From Chrysomallon squamiferum (lineage: Eukaryota; Animalia; Mollusca): a stretch of 64,000 nucleotides of DNA. The notes beneath the pieces are model-generated. The model ran no database searches and had not been told where the DNA came from. It saw only the letters and a list, made by a program, of their open reading frames with translations. Both the position numbers and the translations under genes were made by a program. The stretch covers positions 23,808,001-23,872,000 of the forward strand of contig CM022679.1 in assembly GCA_012295275.1 (NCBI GenBank), written 5' to 3'. Of the stretch, positions 55,552-64,000 are shown piece after piece. The stretch's first letter is position 1; every line of letters begins with the position of its first letter.

Positions 55552-57037
55552 AATAACAACAAAAACAATAATACTGAAATGACAAAAACAACAAAAACAA
55601 GAACAATATTAACAAAATATCACTGAAGATTATGCAATGCTTTACACAGCTGAGACCAAGCTGCAAATGTCTCTTTATGACTTCATTGTGAAAATAAAGG
55701 ACAACATAATAACAACAACATAATTAATAAAATCAAAACAAAACAATAGATTTCTACTGAAAGCTTTTACCTGTTCAGTGTTAAAATGAAATTAATGAAA
55801 TTGCAGGTAAACAATGGTGATGTATGGTTAGGAAAACAAAATGAAATGAAAAAAAAAAACAGAAAAACATCTCAGAAATAACATATTAACTGAGATTAAA
55901 AACAATTTTCATCTTCTAACAATTTCAATGTCAAAATAAAACAAAAAGAGACAAAACAATAATTAAACAATAATTATATTTAAAAATAATATGCTCAAAA
56001 TTATGAATTAATTTCTATATTGCTGAGATAAAAACATTTTCAAAAGATCATTTTAAGATTAATTTATAAAAATCGCAAGGTGTGACCTACCTCTTTCCAT
56101 AAAATCTACCACAAACAATAAATTTAATAATATGTATAATATTGATTATATTGATCAGAACTCAGCCTTTTTACCAGATTAATGTTTGCTTTTTATTTGA
56201 TTATCAATGTGTCTGCTTTCATATTTCTTAGATACAGCACTTATAAACTGATTGAGATAAATGTACTCAGAAGTACAGTCTAATAAAAAAAAGGATGTTT
56301 TTAAACACTGTTTAATCTTCTATCCCTTGCATGCATTACAACAATTAATATTCAGAGACATAAAAATATTCATGTAATAATTATGTATTTAATAATTATT
56401 ATTAACAACAATTACATAATTTTTGCTAGATTTTTATATATATATATACAATTATCACATGCCATCTGCTTTAACATGAACAAATAAAGTAACTTCATAT
56501 ATATATCTATGCATGTTGTATATGTTGTATATGCATATATTTTTTAATACGAACTAACATCTGACTATGTATCTGTCTGTCTCTCTGTCTATATGTCAAC
56601 CAATTCACTGACAGGTTGATAGATATATATTGTAATATAAAACTGCTATTAAAACTACTAATAAAATAACAAAAATATATATAAGTAATAAACGATATTC
56701 CAATAATTTATCATTAAAAATAAATCTTCATGTTAATGTATTTCATGTTGACAACCAGCTCTGAACTGTCAATGGACTCAGTCTGAAAAGTATATTTAAC
56801 CTCAGGTGGGATTCATTTCTTTTATCATTTTAAAACTAATAAAAGAATGAATAAAAAGTAATGTTTTTCATATGGCAAAGTAATCTTAAAATTTACTTTC
56901 TGTATCTTGTAATATAAACATTTTGGAGTAGCTAAATGATATATTTAAATTTTAATGTATATTAAATATTTTTAAAATTACAAAGGAAATTATAAGTGAT
57001 TTGAATAATTTCCTAATGATAAATATTAAAAATCACT

Positions 57038-57079
<42 letters not shown>

Positions 57080-58212
57080 AGAAGAAATGTGATAATAATA
57101 ACAACAAAACACAACAATAACAATAATAATAATGAGTATGTTTTTAAAAACTAGTCTATTATTTTTTTTTGTTTTGTTTTAAACTCATGTTAAATAAAAT
57201 GTGTTATACTGGCACATAAAATATATTTTAATAAATATAAGTTATTTTTTAAACTAGATATATGTTTTATTATTTCTAGACTAAATTAAATGCTGTTAAT
57301 TTCTACTGAAACAGTCCTAACAATAATTTGATAATGTTTTGCTAATAATCAATATCATAACAAAGTCAAAGACTATGATTCTTGTTATTGTTACACAGGA
57401 CAGTTATGTTATGTTGTCATAGCAATAGCTGTTTACAGAATACTGCTGTTAGCTGATAAAAAGATAAAGTAATCTATGGAATAGCTGTACTCTTTGTGTA
57501 ATGTGTCAATATATTGCTACAGCAATCAAACTGAATATGAAACAAATTATTAAAACTGTTATAGGACAGATGTAATGAAATATTTGCATAAACAGGTAAA
57601 GCTGGCAGTTTTGTGACTTGGATGAGAATAACTTAGTGTTCATCTTAAGAAAAAAGATAAAGAAATAAAAACAATGAAGAAGAAGAAAAAAAAACCCCAT
57701 CTATGATGCTTTTATTAATCATAAACAACTGAATACTACAGTTACAATTTATCCTCTCTTGAAGTTTGTAAAATAAATAAATAAATAATAAAAAGGAAAT
57801 TAAACAAAACAAAACAAAAAAAATGTAGAAAGTTTAATCTTGTGTTCTTTATGAAAGTGAACATTGTTTTATCACATTTAATTATGATAATGATAATGAT
57901 GATGGAATGGGTCAATCTATCATTTTCTGAGCACATGTATTTATCAGATTATGCTGACAACAGATTTATTCCTAAAACCCATACACAAACTTGATATAAC
58001 AAAAGCCTTAGGAAACAACACTCATTGATATCCATGATGCTTTAAATAATGATTTTAAAAAAATAATTCTTAGCAAATGAATATATATATATATATCTGT
58101 ATATGATTTAAATAAATATATTTCAAGTTTATAACAGTATATGAGTATTTTTATCCATTTTTATCCAATAAATAGTAAAAAAAAATATATATAAATAATA
58201 ATAATAATAAAA

Positions 58213-58214
<2 letters not shown>

Positions 58215-58280
<66 letters not shown>
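58215..58280. repeat. (AAAT)n microsatellite, representative of many in the window
   Basis: direct inspection. Confidence 0.9.
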
Positions 58281-58911
58281 AAACTTTAGACTTAATGTGC
58301 ATATTACCCCCCACACACATCCAAACACTCATGTTTCCACAAGCACCACCCAATCACACCCACACAAAAAATAATTAAATATGTTGATTAAAGTAATACA
58401 GATATGTTTTTACCATAAAAATATAAATACCAAAAAAATTATCTAAATAATATATTTGGATAAATGGAATGTTGTTAATTTATTTTTAAAAATTCATTTT
58501 ATCTTTGTATTTACAAAACAAAACATTTACAAAACAGAATATAAACTTTTGGCATTTTGCTGAATTAGATATATGTTTATCATTAATTATTTTATGTTCA
58601 AGATCTTCCAATAAATCTACAGCATTCTTATTATGTATCATAATTATTTATTGGTTTTTGACAAGAAATTTGTCATTATGCAGGTATGATTAATTATTAT
58701 TTTCCTTATAATTACTGTAAAGACTACATTTACTAAACTGAAATTATGTCATAGTGTTTATGTTGTTTTAATTCGTCATCAATATTACTGTTTAAGATAA
58801 GTAAAATAAATAAATAAATAAATAACAATAATTCAAAATAGTAATAATAATAACAAGAACAACAAGAATAACAACAGCAGTAACAACAATAACAACAGTA
58901 AATAATAACAA

Positions 58912-58942
<31 letters not shown>

Positions 58943-59087
58943 ATTAAACTAAATTAAAATCAAATGTCTCGCGGAAATATTGAATTGTAATACTAATACT
59001 TGTAATACTAATAGTAGTAATACTAATAGTGTGTAATAAAACATTTATATAAGGAAAAATAACTTATAATTAAATGAATTTACTTAC

Positions 59088-59590
59088 GTTCAACAATAGA
59101 CGATAATGTTATTAAGGAATCGAGTCTGCACGAATCTGTGTGTTATATGTGTAACATTTTATCACTAGTCGCTACACAACAGTCTACAGACTACAGTAAC
59201 TACTGACAGTGACAGTGACAAGTTAGAACAAAACGAGAATTAAGTTACATTCCGATTATAACAACATACTAAATACAAATGAAATTATACCGAAATATAA
59301 GAACGAAGCATCCAATACCATAACAAATGTTATACATTCAATAAAATTAAGATACATCTTCTGTCATAATGAATTCGAGAAATTACAACTTACTAGTTAT
59401 CAGTGATCGGCCATATTGTTTATGGCTATCGCGAGGATATTTCGTCCAACTACTTTCATTGGCCAAATATTCAGGTTAAAGTTGAAAGGAAACATAAATA
59501 AGGTCAAATATTTAGGACTCGATTACTAATGAAATATTAGTAATCCCAGTTAACATTTAATTTGTCGAGACTGCCTTGCACATATCGCAC
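59088..59590. promoter_or_regulatory. putative bidirectional promoter shared by GRWD1 (+) and the CCDC154-like gene (-), including a candidate non-coding minus-strand exon 1
   Basis: CpGs reappear locally; CCAAT (attgg ~59458), TCGCG motifs (~58969, ~59429) and GACAGT repeats; minus-strand GTAAGT donor at 59087-59082; GRWD1 ATG at 59591. Confidence 0.55.
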
Positions 59591-62500
59591 ATGGGAATGG
59601 AAATGGACGAAAAAGACGTTGACATGGTTGTTGCAGACGGTAGTGGTGAAAATAGCAGTAAAAATGGTAGCAGTGGCTCAGGAGAAATCAGTAAAAAAGT
59701 ATACCTTCCTGGAGAAAAGTTAAACGATGACGAAGAACTAATTTGTGATGAGTCGGCATATATAATGTATCATCAAGCTCAAACAGGTCAAAATTTATCA
59801 TAATTTAAATTAATGTAAATATTATTAATAATGAATGTGTAATAACAATAAGATGAATATATGATTATATCAATATATATCTGTTATGAATGTTTTAATA
59901 TTTAAAAAATTAATTACTAATCATTAATATTTCACTTACATTTATAACAACAGCTATAACAACTATGATAATAATAAATTAACAACAATAATAGTAATTA
60001 AATATACATTATTTATTTCAGGAGATCCATGTTTGAGTTTTGATATATTGCAAGACAGCCTTGGTGCGAATCGAGATAAATTTCCACTGACTTGTTACAT
60101 GGTGGCTGGGACTCAGTCTGAGAAAAAACATACAAACAACATCATTGTGATGAAGATGAGCAATCTTCGTAAAACACAGAAAGAAAACAAAGAAGATGAA
60201 GAGGAGGAAGAAGAAGAAAGTGAGAGTGATGATGAAGATGAATTACCAGAAATGGAGACAGCTCTAATAAAACACACTGGCTGTGTCAACAGGATTCGGG
60301 TAACAATAACAACATAAACTTTTATCCATAATTTTTTTTAATGTTGGATAAATTCTAGAAACTGTTTTTGTTATTGTCTCCTTTCCTGAAATGATTAACA
60401 ATTAATTGTATGTAATAATTTTAAAATTAGTTATTAATAACAGAAATGTCATGGCTTCTCCACTGTTTTTTAAGGAATTTTACTTAATTATGAAGTGAAA
60501 ACAGGAAAGTGATTTTTTTGAATAATTATTCAGAAAAATATAAAAGTTTTTGTATTGTCACAAATTTGTTGTTTATAATTACAGTTTGAAATTAATTTAT
60601 TGCATTTATTCCTTTAAATAGTCATTATTTTATTAGAAATTAAAAACTACCATAATCATTTTTCCAGCTAAACCTATCAAACACTTTTTTTTAATTTCCA
60701 TGACATAAGGCATTCAGTAAAAAGATTTAATATGCTATTTTGCATTCTCTTTCTTTCTTTACATTTAAATTTAAAAATTGAAACACTTTTCTGCTGTGTT
60801 ATTTTCCAATTCTTAAAAATGAATACATCTCATTCCAGTCGACTGTATTAGGTGACAAACATTATGCTGCAAGTTGGTCTGAGAATGGGAAAGTTTACAT
60901 CTGGGATCTGTCACATCCACTGAATGCTTTGAATGACTCCACTGTTATGACAATGTATACAAGGAATGAAGAGTCACCATCGCCAGTGTTTGTGTTCTCA
61001 GGTCACCAAATAGAAGGGTTTGCTATTGATTGGTGTAGAACAACTCCAGGTGTGTGTGTGTGGGTTTTTTTATAAAGGAAAAATACATAATCCATGGCCA
61101 TTTAACCCATTCCCATTTTGCTAAATGATTAAAAAAAATTCACTCCATAATGAAAATCATTTAATTTTCAAACTTACTTAGAGCATGTTCCTTTCTGAGG
61201 TGCAGTCTGCTTAGTTAAAAAAAAAAAAAAAAATAAAAAAAAATATATTAAAAAAAAAAAAAAAAAAAAGACACCCAACCCCTTACTAAATATGCAGTTG
61301 AACATGTCATTATAATAGCTTTTTCTCTTTTGTTGTTTATTTAGATTACTAATTATAACATTAAAACACATACATATTTTTATAAAGAGTTAGCCAAACA
61401 AGTGTTTCTTTAAAAATCTCTAAAATAACTGACTGATGAAATTTTGTTACCAGGAAGACTGGCAACAGGGGACTGTAAGAAAAACATTCACTTGTGGAAC
61501 CCACTGGAAGGTGGGACATGGAATGTGGATCAGAGGCCCTACACAGCACACACTGACTCTGTAGAGGATATTCAGTGGTCTCCTAATGAAGAAAATGTCA
61601 GTCCCTTTAATAATAATTTTAGTCCTTGTTTTGTTGTAATAGATGAAATGTGTAAATGTATCTTCATCTCTTTGAATGTATATGTGTTTCTACTTCTCTA
61701 TGAAATGTGGTACAAGAGTTTTATATTTCACTTTAATGTAGAAGGCAATTGGTTTATATATATCTCTATAAGACATAATGAAAAAAATGAACTGCATGCT
61801 TTACTGGTATTTGTAAATGACACTTAAAATAAAAATTTAATTTTAGTTTTAACACATTTAATAATAAATATCTTTACTAAAAATAAAATTCTTGTTTTCA
61901 CACTTACTTTGCTGCAGAAAGATAATTTGTATGCCAATATGATTTGATGTTCACATATAAAATACAAATTATTTTCATTTTCTAAAACGTTTTGATGCTG
62001 CTTTAACACATAAGTTTTATATACTCTTTATTTTCAGGTATTTGCTTCATGTTCTGTAGATCACTCAGTTAGGATCTGGGATGCAAGGGTGGCCCCTAAC
62101 AAGGCCTGCATGCTGGCAGTTAAAGATGCTCATTCAAAAGATGTTAATGTTATTCACTGGAACCGAAATGAACCATTCATTGTTAGTGGAGGAGATGATG
62201 GATTCCTAAAAGTCTGGGATCTCAGATTATTCAAGGTATTATTATATCAGTACAATTTCTTGTGGATGATTTTTAAGTTATTAAATGGGATTTTTTAAAA
62301 TAAATAATGAAAAGAGCAGAATTAGTCAGCAAAGCATATGAGGCTTAATGGGTTGAAAAGCCAGTCTTCTGGGTCCATAAAAAATAAAATATGCTGCTTT
62401 CCAACAAAACTGAATCTTTAATAGCATTAAGTAATGGTAGTACATTTTATCATGGGTTTTGGATGCGATTGTTATTATCATGGAAATATGGATGTGTATC

Positions 62501-62950
62501 TTCAGTTTCACATAATTCACATGTCCAGTTGGTTTTTAATTTATTTGTTTCATCTATTTGTTTTCTGTTATTATAATTTTAAGCTCAAGGATATCTGCAT
62601 GCCCCTTTTATTTTAATATACATTTTCTTACATTTCAGGATGGAAAACCTGCTGCTGCATTTAAACACCATGCAGCCCCAGTAACATCAGTTGAATGGCA
62701 CCCAACAGATAGTTCTGTGTTTGCTGCTTCAGGTGCAGATGACCAAATAACAATCTGGGATCTGTCTGTGGAACGAGACTATGAAATGACAGAGACAGCA
62801 GAGCCCGAACCTGATGTTCCTCCTCAATTACTGTTCATTCACCAGGGACAGAAAGACATTAAAGAATTACACTGGCATTCACAACTTACAGGAGTTATAC
62901 TAAGTACAGCGAGTAGTGGGTTTAACATCTTCAGAACAATCAGTGTGTGA
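59591..62950 (+). CDS. GRWD1: Glutamate-rich WD repeat protein 1 (Rrb1 orthologue; ribosome biogenesis/uL3 chaperone), 6 exons, 445 aa
   Basis: Exons 59591-59786, 60022-60299, 60839-61049, 61454-61596, 62038-62235, 62639-62950 (1338 nt, all GT-AG, phases consistent). Motifs: KVYLPG..L.CDESAY.MYH.AQTG.PCLSFD, poly-Glu tract, WD40 repeats ([29 protein letters not shown]), [19 protein letters not shown]-terminal [10 protein letters not shown]. Confidence 0.96.
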
Positions 62951-63246
62951 TAGTAAAACACATTTATACATCTTTGCTTTGTGTTTATTTGTGTCACAGA
63001 TTATTAATTAATGATTATAAATTTGATTAAAACTGACGAAATTATCAAACTAATTCAGTGTAAAGATGTCAAAATATTTATTTAAAAAATATTAAAAATT
63101 TTATCTCCCTGCCAGTATTTGGTAAACCATAGTCATTATATAATTTTCAAAACTGTACAACAAATAACATTCAGTCAAATTAATTATTTTGCATTTTTTA
63201 CTGAATATTTCACCCTGTGGATAAAAAAAAACACAAAAGAAAATTG

Positions 63247-63646
63247 TCACCATTTAATCGTCAGTGCATTTGTCATTTTTTCCACTTCATGATATTTAGT
63301 ATGCAACATCTCTCTGGCTTTATTTGAATCTGCACCCCCTAACCACTCTGAGTACAACTGTTCAACACCATCAACATCTTTTGGTTCCACAGTTTTCAAA
63401 GATGAGTAAAGTTCACTAACTCTTGACAGTAAATCTTTTGTGTCCTCCCCTTCTGGTCTTATCTGCCCTCCTCCATTATTACAACCTGAGGGACAGGCCA
63501 TAATCTCAACAAAGTGATAGGGAATTTTTCTTCCTCTCTTCACTTTCTGGACAATGTTTTGAATATTTCTGAAACCGTAAGCCAGGGCCATCTTGATTTT
63601 TGGTTTACCTTCCAGTTCAAGAGATACTTCTTGAAAATCTTGGTTT
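63247..63646 (-). CDS. CIAO3: Cytosolic Fe-S assembly component 3 (NARFL/Nar1, hydrogenase-like), last coding exon
   Basis: NQDFQEV...AYGFRNIQNIVQK...YHFVEIMACPSGCNNGGGQ...LHTKYH...IKW*; ttcttcag acceptor at 63647, phase 2. Confidence 0.93.
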
Positions 63647-63986
63647 CTGAAGAATAATGTTAATAAAGATATTGAAAAATGATAGAGATTTTTGAAAGAA
63701 TGTAGACATATAAAAGTAATAATAAAATTAAATCAATTAAATCAAATTTTAAAAAAATAACTGGAATAATTTTATGATGACAAGAATGCATAAGAAAATT
63801 GTAGGAATTTATATGAAATACCAAAAACAAATTAAAATTATTACTAAATATGAATATTGTATTATAAAAAAAAAAGTAATAAATACAACTGAGAAAGGAT
63901 AAACTAGCAGAAGCCAGTTATAAAAAAATTGTATCCAAAGAAAAAAATGTTATTCTTTTTTTTCAAGTTTTTGTTTTTCCCCTCAC

Positions 63987-64000
63987 CTTAATGTTTTATA
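63987..64000 (-). CDS. CIAO3: CIAO3/NARFL penultimate exon, 3' end only (YKTLR), truncated by the window edge
   Basis: TATAAAACATTAAG|gtgagg; phase 2 joins A at 63646 to give YKTLRNQDF. Confidence 0.8.

Overview
AT-rich, microsatellite-laden eukaryotic genomic DNA from an invertebrate animal (probably a mollusc or other lophotrochozoan; inference). Three spliced protein-coding genes can be assembled by hand from GT-AG signals and exon phase. (1) A minus-strand CCDC154-like coiled-coil gene has 17 core coding exons at 14321-44912 (about 809 aa), with further candidate 5' exons at 52354-52438 and about 59088-59200. (2) A complete plus-strand GRWD1/Rrb1 gene has 6 exons at 59591-62950 (445 aa) and lies head-to-head with gene 1. 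(3) The last two exons of a minus-strand CIAO3/NARFL (Nar1) gene (63247-64000) converge on GRWD1 with only 296 bp between stop codons. The most unusual signal is the apparent splicing complexity of the CCDC154-like gene: a series of frame-preserving microexon candidates (3, 27, 3, 12, 24, 18 and possibly another 18 nt) in its phase-0 introns, two alternative start-codon exons, and an alternative long acidic exon competing with the conserved C-terminus. The first ~10 kb is non-coding, richer in CpG and in transcription-factor motif clusters, and may hold the regulatory region or 5' exons of a gene to the left of the window. Most short ORFs in the supplied track are microsatellite artefacts. All gene models are manual and need RNA-seq confirmation.
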